Origin: Gaiellaceae bacterium
GTDB lineage: Bacteria; Actinomycetota; Thermoleophilia; Gaiellales; Gaiellaceae
Direction of reading: 5' to 3'
DNA length: 64,000 bases
NCBI GenBank assembly: GCA_035999905.1
Contig: DASYGK010000027.1
Coordinates: 11,709-75,708 of the forward strand
Both the position numbers and the translations under genes were made by a program. The notes beneath the pieces were generated by a model, which made no database searches, was not told where the DNA came from, and saw nothing but the letters and a program-made list of their open reading frames with translations. Shown one piece after another: positions 21,616-29,458 of the stretch; the first letter of the stretch is position 1, and every line of letters starts with the position of its first letter.

Positions 21616-22377
21616 CTAGTGGTCGCCGCCGCCTCCCCGCCCGCCGCCGTCGCCGTGGTCGTGCCCGCGGTGGCCGTGGTCGCCGCCGCCGTCCACCTGC
21701 GCGGGGTCGTCGGGCGCCGGAGTGGTGAGCGCCTGCGGCGCGGGCGGTGACCCGTCCGGTGCGGGGGCGGCCGGTTCCGCCGGAGGAGGCACCGAGGCAA
21801 GTACCAGCTGAGCCGGGGCGTTCTCGCCGCCGTTGCCCTGGTCGTGGTGGCGGCCCTCGTCGTGGCCGCGGGAGCGGCCGTGGTCGCCGCCCGTGACCGG
21901 CGCGGTTGCGGTCGTGACGGTCAGTGCGCGCGCGGCGGGGGCCGGCGCGGACAGGACGGGTGCGGGGGCGGGCGCCGCGACCGGGACGACGGCGGGAGCC
22001 GTAGGCGCGGGCGCCGCCGGTGCGGGGGGCGCCGGCTGCGGTGCGGGCGCGGGCGGCGCGATGACCGGCGCGTCCGGGATCGAGCGGGTCCGGCCGACGG
22101 GCGTCCTGAGCGAATGGACGACGCCCGCGACGGCCGCTCTGACCGGCTGCGAGGCCGGGAAGAGCCGGATGGGCCGAAGCGCGGCGCTCGGCAGCGCGAG
22201 CGGCGGCGCGGGCGCGACGACGACCGCGATTGGGGCGGAGAGCCGCGGAGCGGGCATCCCGGCGATGCGGATCGGTGCGGGGGTAGCCTCGGTACCGAGC
22301 TGATGCGCGAATGCGGCAGCGCCCGCCACCGCACCGGCGAGTAGGAGTGTTGCGACGACCCTCCCGATACAACTCAT
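21616..22377 (-). CDS. Secreted Pro/Ala-rich protein with His/Asp/Gly-rich segments
   Basis: Last 253 codons of track ORF 21616..24123, from ATG 22377. It has a signal-like N-terminus (MSCIGRVVATLLLAGAVAGAAAFA), long APAPxP tracts, and GGDHGRSRGHDEGRHHDQ and DGGGDHGHRGHDHGDGGGRGGGGDH segments. Confidence 0.6.
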   Translation of the reverse strand: MSCIGRVVATLLLAGAVAGAAAFAHQLGTEATPAPIRIAGMPAPRLSAPIAVVVAPAPPLALPSAALRPIRLFPASQPVRAAVAGVVHSLRTPVGRTRSIPDAPVIAPPAPAPQPAPPAPAAPAPTAPAVVPVAAPAPAPVLSAPAPAARALTVTTATAPVTGGDHGRSRGHDEGRHHDQGNGGENAPAQLVLASVPPPAEPAAPAPDGSPPAPQALTTPAPDDPAQVDGGGDHGHRGHDHGDGGGRGGGGDH

Positions 22378-22440
22378 GATTTCCCCCCGCGTTGCCGAAA
22401 ACATCACTCGAACGAGGTATCGGCAGGGGAAGCCGGTTCC

Positions 22441-24237
22441 TTGAACGTTCAGGAGGTGTGGGGATTCCAGTTGGGTAGCTTCAAGGTCAAGCTCGTCGTC
22501 TATTTCCTGCTCTTGTCGGTACTGCCGATGGCTGCCGCGTTCTGGGGATTCACGGCAGTTGCGGGACAGTCGGAGACGCGGCACGTCGATGCACGCCTGC
22601 AGGCGGGCCTGCGCGCTGCGCTCGCGGGCTACCAGGAGCAGCTCGACGCCGCGCAGGGCGCCGCTGCAGCGCTCGCGCACAGCCGCCCGTTCCAGCTCGA
22701 GCTCGAGCGCCGCGACCGCCCCGGCCTCACGCGAATGCTCCGCGACGTCCCGAACATCTACGTCGTCGCGGGAAACGGCTTCCACGTCGGTCGCAACCCG
22801 GGCGTCTCCGCACAGCGTCAGGTTGCCGTCGTGACGCAGGCCGGCCTCGTCGGCAGGGTGATCGCGTTCGTCCCCTTCGACTCGACGCTCCTCGACGCGG
22901 TACGCGCCCGCTCGGGCCTCGCGCCTGCCGACGCCCTCGCGCTCGTCCTCGGAAACCGGATCGTGACCGCGACGCCAGACGTCGAGGGAACGCTGGCGCT
23001 GGCGCCCGGGCGCACCGCGACCGTGCGCATCGGCGGTGCGCGGTACCGCGCACTCGCCGCGTCGTCGCTCGGCGACGTACGCGGTGTGCACTTCGCCGCG
23101 CTCAGCCCGCAGTCGCTCATCGACTCCGCGAACTCCGCGTCGCGCAACCGGCTCCTGCTCGGACTGCTCGCGTCGCTTGCCGTCGTCTCCATCGTCGCGT
23201 ATCTCGAAGGCCGCTCGATCGTGCGCAACCTGCGCAACCTCGCGCGCAGCGCGAACGCGATCGCACACGGGCGACTCGGGGAGCGGGTCGAGGTGCGGGG
23301 CCGCGACGAGTTCGCCGAGCTGGGAACGGCGTTCAACGAGATGGCGAGCCAGCTTCAGGCGCGGCTCGACGAGCTCGACTCCGAGCGCGCGCGGCTGCGC
23401 GACGCCATCACCCGCTTCGGCGAGGCGCTTGCGGCGACCCACGACGTCGGCCAGCTCCTGCGCGTGATCGTCGAGGCGGCGGTCGAGGCCACCGGCGCGA
23501 CCGGAGCCCGGCTCACCGCCGACGGAGGCTCGATCGTCGAGAGCGGCGATCCCGACGCCGACGGCCAGAGGCTCGAGCTGCCGATCAGCGCAGGGCAGGA
23601 GACGTTCGGCGCGCTCTCGCTCGTCGGCCCGGCTTTCGACGGGGAGCAGCGAATGACTGCCGCGTCGCTCGCGTCGCACGCCGCGATCGCGCTCGAGAAC
23701 GCGCGGCTCCACCGGATCGTCGAGCGGCAGGCGATGGTCGACGGCCTCACCGGCATCGCCAACCGGCGCGCCTGCGAGGAGGCGCTCGCCTCCGAGATCG
23801 CGCAGGCCGATCGGCTCGGCACGACGCTCACGCTCGTCCTCGCCGACCTCGACGACTTCAAGCGCGTCAACGACGAGCACGGCCACGCCGCCGGCGACGA
23901 CGTCCTGCGGGAGTTCGCCTCGGTGATCCGCGCGACCGTCCGCGACTCCGACGTCGCCGGCCGCTGGGGCGGCGAGGAGTTCCTCCTGCTGCTCCCCGGG
24001 GCCGACGCGGCAGGCGGCGCCCAGCTCGCCGAACGCGTCCGGACGACCCTCGCGGAGCGGTCGTTCCTCGGCGCCCACGGGGCCGTCCTGACGGTCGGCT
24101 GCAGCTTCGGGGTGGCCCAGCACGCCACAGGCGGAGACGCCCGCGACCTCTTCGCGGCCGCCGACCGGGCCCTCTACCGGGCCAAGCGGGCCGGGAAGAA
24201 CCGGGTCGAGACTGACGCACCCGTCCGCAGCTTTTAG
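22441..24237 (+). CDS. Membrane sensor diguanylate cyclase (periplasmic sensor, HAMP, GAF-like, GGDEF)
   Basis: 598 aa with two TM segments flanking a ~200-aa loop and a HAMP-like linker. The GGDEF domain carries an active-site GGEEF and an RxxD I-site (RDSDVAGRWGGEEF). The start may be TTG 22471 behind AGGAGG rather than TTG 22441. Confidence 0.85.
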   Translation: MNVQEVWGFQLGSFKVKLVVYFLLLSVLPMAAAFWGFTAVAGQSETRHVDARLQAGLRAALAGYQEQLDAAQGAAAALAHSRPFQLELERRDRPGLTRMLRDVPNIYVVAGNGFHVGRNPGVSAQRQVAVVTQAGLVGRVIAFVPFDSTLLDAVRARSGLAPADALALVLGNRIVTATPDVEGTLALAPGRTATVRIGGARYRALAASSLGDVRGVHFAALSPQSLIDSANSASRNRLLLGLLASLAVVSIVAYLEGRSIVRNLRNLARSANAIAHGRLGERVEVRGRDEFAELGTAFNEMASQLQARLDELDSERARLRDAITRFGEALAATHDVGQLLRVIVEAAVEATGATGARLTADGGSIVESGDPDADGQRLELPISAGQETFGALSLVGPAFDGEQRMTAASLASHAAIALENARLHRIVERQAMVDGLTGIANRRACEEALASEIAQADRLGTTLTLVLADLDDFKRVNDEHGHAAGDDVLREFASVIRATVRDSDVAGRWGGEEFLLLLPGADAAGGAQLAERVRTTLAERSFLGAHGAVLTVGCSFGVAQHATGGDARDLFAAADRALYRAKRAGKNRVETDAPVRSF

Positions 24238-24271
24238 TAGTCTCGAATCGGAATACGCACGGAAATCGGGC

Positions 24272-24309
24272 TACAATGCCCCCCGAGGAGCACGTCCACG
24301 ATCGGGAGG
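24272..24309 (+). promoter_or_regulatory. Candidate -10 box and Shine-Dalgarno of the small acidic ORF
   Basis: TACAAT at 24272-24277. GGGAGG at 24304-24309, 6 nt before ATG 24316. Confidence 0.4.
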
Positions 24310-24315
24310 AACGAT

Positions 24316-24651
24316 ATGCCGGTAGAGACACCGTCGTTGTTCGCAGAGGTGATCAAGGATCACCTGGCACTGAAGGAGCGGAACCAGACGCTCGACCCCC
24401 AGATGCCGATCGACCGCTACAAGGCGGAGGATCCCTTCCAGAACCACCCGCTGTTCAAGACCGAGGAGCAGGCGCGCCTCGAGGAGACGATGGACGGGGA
24501 GCAGCCGGCCTTCGTCGCTCACAGCGCCGACGTCACGCTCCCCTGGCCGGGCGAGGAGACCGCGGAGAACGCGGCAACGCCCGCGGTGGAGATCGAGGAC
24601 TCAGGCTTCTGGGCCGTCGATCGCGCCCGCGACTTCGACTGGGGCGACTGA
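24316..24651 (+). CDS. Small acidic hypothetical protein (111 aa)
   Basis: A clean monocistronic unit with a strong SD and a terminator hairpin 5 nt after the stop. The protein is Asp/Glu-rich with no TM segment, and I recognise no family. Confidence 0.6.
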   Translation: MPVETPSLFAEVIKDHLALKERNQTLDPQMPIDRYKAEDPFQNHPLFKTEEQARLEETMDGEQPAFVAHSADVTLPWPGEETAENAATPAVEIEDSGFWAVDRARDFDWGD

Positions 24652-24655
24652 GTTT

Positions 24656-24682
24656 CGTGGGGGAACCCAGGGTTCCCCCACG
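24656..24682 (+). terminator. Intrinsic-terminator-like hairpin
   Basis: CGTGGGGGAAC(C) / (G)GTTCCCCCACG forms an 11-12-bp perfect stem with a 3-5-nt loop, followed by a T/C-rich tract (ttccccctccttctt). Confidence 0.6.
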
Positions 24683-25061
24683 TTCCCCCTCCTTCTTCGC
24701 GGTGACTGACGCCGCGCGTGCGTGCGCTGCGGGCAGAGCGTGGTCTGCCCTTCGCGCCGAGGACGGCTCTGCTCAAAGAGCGGTCTTGACGGTGGCGCGG
24801 TGCCGCGCGGCTCGGGGTGGCGGAGCCATCCCGAGCACGCTGGACGCCTCCGTCTAAGCCTGCTGCGCTCGGCTTAGCCGGAGGCCTGGGCCGTAGGAGG
24901 CTCGCCACAGTTACGGATGCTTACGCCTTTGCTGGTGCGGGTCGGTTCCCTCATGTGGGGGAGGTGGGGGCGGCGCCGGGCCGCGATGCTTCTGGAGGTC
25001 TGGCGTTCGACTTCGAGGAGCACGACCTGCGGCACGGGACAATCAACTTGCGGGAGCGCAC

Positions 25062-27728
25062 GTGGTAGTGCGCAACGAAGCTCGGCTTCGGCTCGTCGCC
25101 GAGGACGACGGCGCGCCTGCGGCACCGGCGCTCGTCGAGTCGTACCGCCGGCTCGCCGACGTGTTCCACGAGGTGCTCGCGGAGCAGAGCCTCGACGCGC
25201 TGCTCGTGCGCATCGCGAACACGCTCGCCGAGCTTGTCCCTCACGACACGCTGACGATCTACGAGGCGGACGAGGCGCAGGAAGTGCTCGTGCCGATGCT
25301 CGCCCGTGACCAGTACGCCGACGAGATCCTTCGCACGCGCATCAGCTTCGACGAGGGCATCACCGGCTGGGCGGCACGGCGCCGCGAGCCGGCGCTCTCG
25401 AACGACGCGCACCTCGACCCGCGCGTTCGCTTCGTGCCCGGCACCCCCGTCGACCCCGAGGCGCTCATCTCGATCCCGCTCGTGTCGCGCTCGCACATCA
25501 AGGGCGTGCTCAACATCTACCGCGTCGGCGTGGACGGGAAGTTCAGCGAGGACGAGTTCGAGCTCGCGAAGCGTTTCGGCGACGCGGCCGCGCTCGCGAT
25601 CGACAACGCGCAGATCCGCGCACGGCTCGAGCGCGAGGCGCAGACCGACTCCCTCACCGGCCTCCTCAACCACCGGAGCTTCCACGAGCGGCTCCTGAAC
25701 GCCCTGCAGGAGGCGAGCCGGACGCATCGCCCGGTCGCGGTGCTGATGCTGGACATCGACGACTTCAAGCGCGTCAACGACGTGCACGGCCACGGCGTCG
25801 GCGACGAGCTGATCCGGCTGCTCGCGGACACGCTTCGCTCGTCGGTCCGGCCGCAGGACGTCGTCTGCCGCCTCGGCGGCGAGGAGTTCGCCGTGATCAT
25901 GAGCGCCTGCGACGGCGTCGACGCCTCGCACGTCGCCGAGCGCATCGTCTCGAACATCGGCGAGATCGACCTTCCCGCGGTCGGCGTCGTGACGATCTCC
26001 GTCGGGCTCGCGCGCGGCCCCGAGCACGCGATGAACCCGCGCGAGCTCGCCGCCTGCGCCGAGGCGGCGATGATGACCGCGAAGGCACAAGGGAAGAACC
26101 GGATCGTCCACTACGACGAGGGCGACAACCTGCGGCCCGCCGGGCCGGTCGAAGCGCGCGACGTGCGCTCCCTCGCGCACATGAAGATGCTGCAGAGCCT
26201 CAGCGGCAAGCTCAACCGGCTCAACGACGTGCGCGAGATCGGCGACGAGATCGGCGCCGAGCTCCGCTCACTGATCGATTACCACAACTGCCGCGTGTTC
26301 GTCGTCGACGGCGAGGACCTCGTTCCCGTCGCGTTCCGCGGCGAGTTCACCGCCGAGACGCTCGCACTGCCGCTCGAGATCCTGCGCGGCAAGGTCGGGC
26401 GCGGCATCACCGGCAAGTGCGCCGAGCGCGGCGAGTCGCTGCTCGTCGGCGACGCTGCCAACTGCGAGTTCGGGTATCGCATCCCGGGCACGCCGGTGAT
26501 CGAGGAGTCGCTCCTCGCCGTGCCCCTGCTCTACGGCTCGCGCGTCGTCGGCGTGATCGTCGTGTCGAAGCTCGGGCTCGACCAGTTCGACGAGGACGAC
26601 GTCCGGCTGCTCGAGGTGCTCGCCGGCCATGCGGCGGTCGCCGTCGAGAACGCGCGGCTCTACGAGTCGGCGCGCCGCGAGGCGGACAGCGCGACCGCGC
26701 TTCTCGGCTTCGGCCGCGAGCTCGCTACGGCTCCGAGCCTCGACGAGATCCTCCAGAAGGTCGTCATGCTGACCGCGAGCCTCCTCGGCGCGCCGCGCAC
26801 GTCGGTCTGGCTCGAGGACGAGAGCGGCTGGCTCGTCCCGCGCGCACTCCACGGGCATTCCGACACGGAGCATGAGAACGTCTCCGCGCGGCGCTTCACG
26901 GTCGCCGAGGCGAGGGCCATCGCGAGCGACGCCGAGCCGTTCGTGCTCACGCCCGCCGAGATCCAGCGAACCTTCGACGACCCCCTCGATCCGGAGGCGT
27001 CGTACGCGATCGCGCCGCTCGTCGTCGGGGGCCGGCTCGGCTGCATCGTCGCGTCGCTCCCGGAGGGCGACTTCGGCGAGCGCGAGCTGCGCATGCTCGG
27101 CGGCCTCGCGCACCAGGCCAAGCTCGCGATCGCGAACGCAAGCAGCTTCGAAGGGCTCGAGCGCTCGTTCGTGTCCACCGTCGAAGCCCTCGCCAACGCG
27201 CTCGAGGCGAACGACGAGTACACGTCGACGCACGCGCGCTGGATCACCGACCTCTCGCTTCGCGTCGGCCGCGAGCTCGGCCTCGAGGACGGCGCGCTGA
27301 AGCGCCTCGAGCTCGGCGCCCTCCTGCACGACATCGGGAAGATCGGCATCCCGAGCGGCATCCTCTCGAAGCCGGGCCGTCTCAGCGCCGAGGAGCGGCG
27401 CGTGATCGAGTCGCATCCGTCGCTCGGCGAGGGCATCATCGCGCCGATCGACCGGCTGCAGGAGGTGCGGCCGATCGTGCGGCACTGCCACGAGCGCTGG
27501 GACGGCCGCGGCTACCCCGACGGTCTTGCCGGCGAGGCGATCCCGCTCGAGTCGCGGATCATCTTCGTCTGCGACGCGTATCACGCGATGACGACCGACC
27601 GGCCGTACCGAAAGCGCCTGAGCCATCCCGAGGCGGTACGCCGGCTCCGCGAAGGGGCCGGGTCGCAGTTCGACCCTCTCGTCGTCGAGACGTGCGTGCA
27701 CGTGCTCGAGGACGCGCGCGCCCGCTAA
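25062..27728 (+). CDS. Multi-domain c-di-GMP enzyme: GAF, GGDEF, GAF, GAF, HD-GYP
   Basis: 888 aa. GGGAG lies 5 nt before GTG 25062. The GGDEF domain has GGEEF and an RxxD I-site (RPQDVVCRLGGEEF). The C-terminal HD-GYP domain has HDIGKIGIP and HERWDGRGYPDGL. Confidence 0.85.
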   Translation: MVVRNEARLRLVAEDDGAPAAPALVESYRRLADVFHEVLAEQSLDALLVRIANTLAELVPHDTLTIYEADEAQEVLVPMLARDQYADEILRTRISFDEGITGWAARRREPALSNDAHLDPRVRFVPGTPVDPEALISIPLVSRSHIKGVLNIYRVGVDGKFSEDEFELAKRFGDAAALAIDNAQIRARLEREAQTDSLTGLLNHRSFHERLLNALQEASRTHRPVAVLMLDIDDFKRVNDVHGHGVGDELIRLLADTLRSSVRPQDVVCRLGGEEFAVIMSACDGVDASHVAERIVSNIGEIDLPAVGVVTISVGLARGPEHAMNPRELAACAEAAMMTAKAQGKNRIVHYDEGDNLRPAGPVEARDVRSLAHMKMLQSLSGKLNRLNDVREIGDEIGAELRSLIDYHNCRVFVVDGEDLVPVAFRGEFTAETLALPLEILRGKVGRGITGKCAERGESLLVGDAANCEFGYRIPGTPVIEESLLAVPLLYGSRVVGVIVVSKLGLDQFDEDDVRLLEVLAGHAAVAVENARLYESARREADSATALLGFGRELATAPSLDEILQKVVMLTASLLGAPRTSVWLEDESGWLVPRALHGHSDTEHENVSARRFTVAEARAIASDAEPFVLTPAEIQRTFDDPLDPEASYAIAPLVVGGRLGCIVASLPEGDFGERELRMLGGLAHQAKLAIANASSFEGLERSFVSTVEALANALEANDEYTSTHARWITDLSLRVGRELGLEDGALKRLELGALLHDIGKIGIPSGILSKPGRLSAEERRVIESHPSLGEGIIAPIDRLQEVRPIVRHCHERWDGRGYPDGLAGEAIPLESRIIFVCDAYHAMTTDRPYRKRLSHPEAVRRLREGAGSQFDPLVVETCVHVLEDARAR

Positions 27729-29458
27729 CCCGCCGCGCTGCGAATCGCCGCGTCTCCGGTGAGGTCGTGCGCGAGCCGGCGGAACGGGCCGTCCTGCGCG
27801 AGCAGCACGCGCTCGGTGCCGCGCTGCACGATGCGGCCGTGCTCGATCACGACGATCTCGTCCGCGCGGCGGACGGTGGAGAGACGGTGCGCGATGATGA
27901 TCGACGTGCGCCCGCTCAGGAGGCGATCGAGCGCGCGCTCGATCAAGACTTCGGTCGGGCGGTCGATGTTCGACGTCGCCTCGTCGAGGATGAGGATGCG
28001 CGGATCGGCGAGCAATGCCCGGGCGATCGAGATCAGCTGGCGTTCGCCGGCGGACAGGCCCGACCCGCCTTCGCGCACGGCGTGGTCGAGCCCGCCGCTC
28101 AGCCGGGCCGCGACGCGGTCGACGCCGACCGCGTGCGCCGCGGCCGCGACCTCTTCGTCGGTGGCGTCCGGCTTCGCGAAGCGGATGTTCGACGCGATCG
28201 TGCCGCTGAACAGGAACGGGTCCTGGAGCACGACGCCGAGCTGCCGGCGATACGACCGCAGAGCGACGCCGCGCAGGTCGGCTCCGTCGACGCGCACCAT
28301 GCCGGCGTCCGGGTCGTAGAACCGGCCGACGAGCCGTGCGAGCGTCGACTTTCCGCCGCCCGACTCCCCGACGAGCGCGAGGCAGCCGCCCGCAGGCACG
28401 TGGATCTTCACGCCGTGGAGGACGGGCTCGGCGCCGTACGCGAACACGACCTCGTCGATCTCGAGGTCGCCATCGATGCGCGGCAGCTCGCGGGCGTTCT
28501 TCACATCCTGGATCTCGGGCTCCTCGTCGAGGATCGCCGCGATCTTCACCATCGCCGCCGCGCCGGACTGCAGCTGCCCGTACACGTCTGAGAGCTCCTG
28601 CAGCGGCTGGAACACGAGCTGCAGCAGGTAGAGCGCGGTGATGAGCGTCCCGATCGTCAGCGTGTGGTGCGCGAGCAGCTTCTCGCCGACGTAGATCACC
28701 GCGACGGTCGAGACCGCGCCGAGGAACTCGATCGACGGGAAGAAGACCGAGAAGATCTTCTGCACGTAGGTCGCCTGCTCGCGGTTCGCATCGTTCAGCT
28801 CGTCGAACTGCGCCTGGAAGCGCCGCTCACGGTTGAACGCCTGCACGATCGCCATGCCGGACACCGATTCGGCGATCTGCGCGGTGACCGCGCCGATGCG
28901 GTTGCGGTTCTCGACGAGCGCGACGTGCGAGGTGCGCTGGAACCAGCGGGTGAGCGCGAACGCGGGCGGGAGGACGCACATCACGACGAGCCCGAGCCGC
29001 CAGTCGGCGATCAGCAGCGCCGCGATCGCTGCCGGCAGCAGCACGACGTTCGAGACGAGCGTCGGCATCCCCTGCGAGAGGACGTCGCTGACCGCATCGA
29101 CGTCGCTCGTGAGGCGCGCGATGATCCAGCCCGCCTTCTGCTGCGAGAAATAGCGGAGCGAGAGGCCGGTGAGATGGTCGAACAGGCTTCGGCGCAGCCC
29201 GATCACCATCCGCTGGCCGACACCCGCGAGCCCGCGGATCAGGATCGCCTGCAGCACCCAGCCCGCCGCGGCGACGCCGAGGTAGATCAGGACGATGACC
29301 TCGAGGTGGTGCTCGTTGTTCGCGCGGATGCCCTTGTCGATCGCGTTCCGGACGAGCAGCCAGCCGCCGGTCTGCGCGGCGGCGTTGCCGGTCGCGACGA
29401 GGAGGAGCACGCCCGTCCAGAGCTTCTGGCCCTCGAGGTACTGCCAGAGCCGCCTCAC
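27725..29458 (-). CDS. ABC exporter, fused TMD-NBD half transporter (MdlB/type I exporter), subunit 2
   Basis: Last 577 codons of track ORF 27725..31135, from GTG 29458 (4-nt overlap with the upstream partner). It has 6 TM segments, Walker A GESGGGKST, signature LSAGERQL and Walker B LILDEATS. Confidence 0.9.
   Translation of the reverse strand: MRRLWQYLEGQKLWTGVLLLVATGNAAAQTGGWLLVRNAIDKGIRANNEHHLEVIVLIYLGVAAAGWVLQAILIRGLAGVGQRMVIGLRRSLFDHLTGLSLRYFSQQKAGWIIARLTSDVDAVSDVLSQGMPTLVSNVVLLPAAIAALLIADWRLGLVVMCVLPPAFALTRWFQRTSHVALVENRNRIGAVTAQIAESVSGMAIVQAFNRERRFQAQFDELNDANREQATYVQKIFSVFFPSIEFLGAVSTVAVIYVGEKLLAHHTLTIGTLITALYLLQLVFQPLQELSDVYGQLQSGAAAMVKIAAILDEEPEIQDVKNARELPRIDGDLEIDEVVFAYGAEPVLHGVKIHVPAGGCLALVGESGGGKSTLARLVGRFYDPDAGMVRVDGADLRGVALRSYRRQLGVVLQDPFLFSGTIASNIRFAKPDATDEEVAAAAHAVGVDRVAARLSGGLDHAVREGGSGLSAGERQLISIARALLADPRILILDEATSNIDRPTEVLIERALDRLLSGRTSIIIAHRLSTVRRADEIVVIEHGRIVQRGTERVLLAQDGPFRRLAHDLTGDAAIRSAAG

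Noticed and set aside
21700-22260. APAPxP-encoding GC-rich repeats as a tandem-repeat or CRISPR-like element
   Set aside because: The repeats are irregular and degenerate, and lie entirely inside a coding frame. They reflect low-complexity Pro/Ala protein sequence, not a DNA-level repeat array.
21419-22372. 317-aa Arg/Pro/Gly-rich minus-strand ORF, and the plus-strand ORFs 21833..22303 and 21844..22344
   Set aside because: These are alternative frames of the Pro/Ala-rich secreted-protein gene. The called frame is the only one with a signal peptide, an ATG start and a plausible SD context for the downstream small ORF.
24683-25061. c-di-GMP (GEMM-I/II) or c-di-AMP (ydaO) riboswitch upstream of the GGDEF/HD-GYP gene
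   Set aside because: It was tempting given the context. However, I could not find the conserved GEMM-I features as I remember them (a GNRA tetraloop/receptor arrangement and the ACGCAAAGC-type core), nor the ydaO pseudo-symmetric core. I kept it only as an unclassified structured region.
24817-25068. 83-aa track ORF in the non-coding gap (also 24874..25125 - and 24917..25309 +)
   Set aside because: Most of its codons end in A/T, unlike all credible genes here. It has no SD, and it overlaps strong hairpins. Only its 3' end could be a short upstream ORF, which is noted in the findings and not called as a feature.
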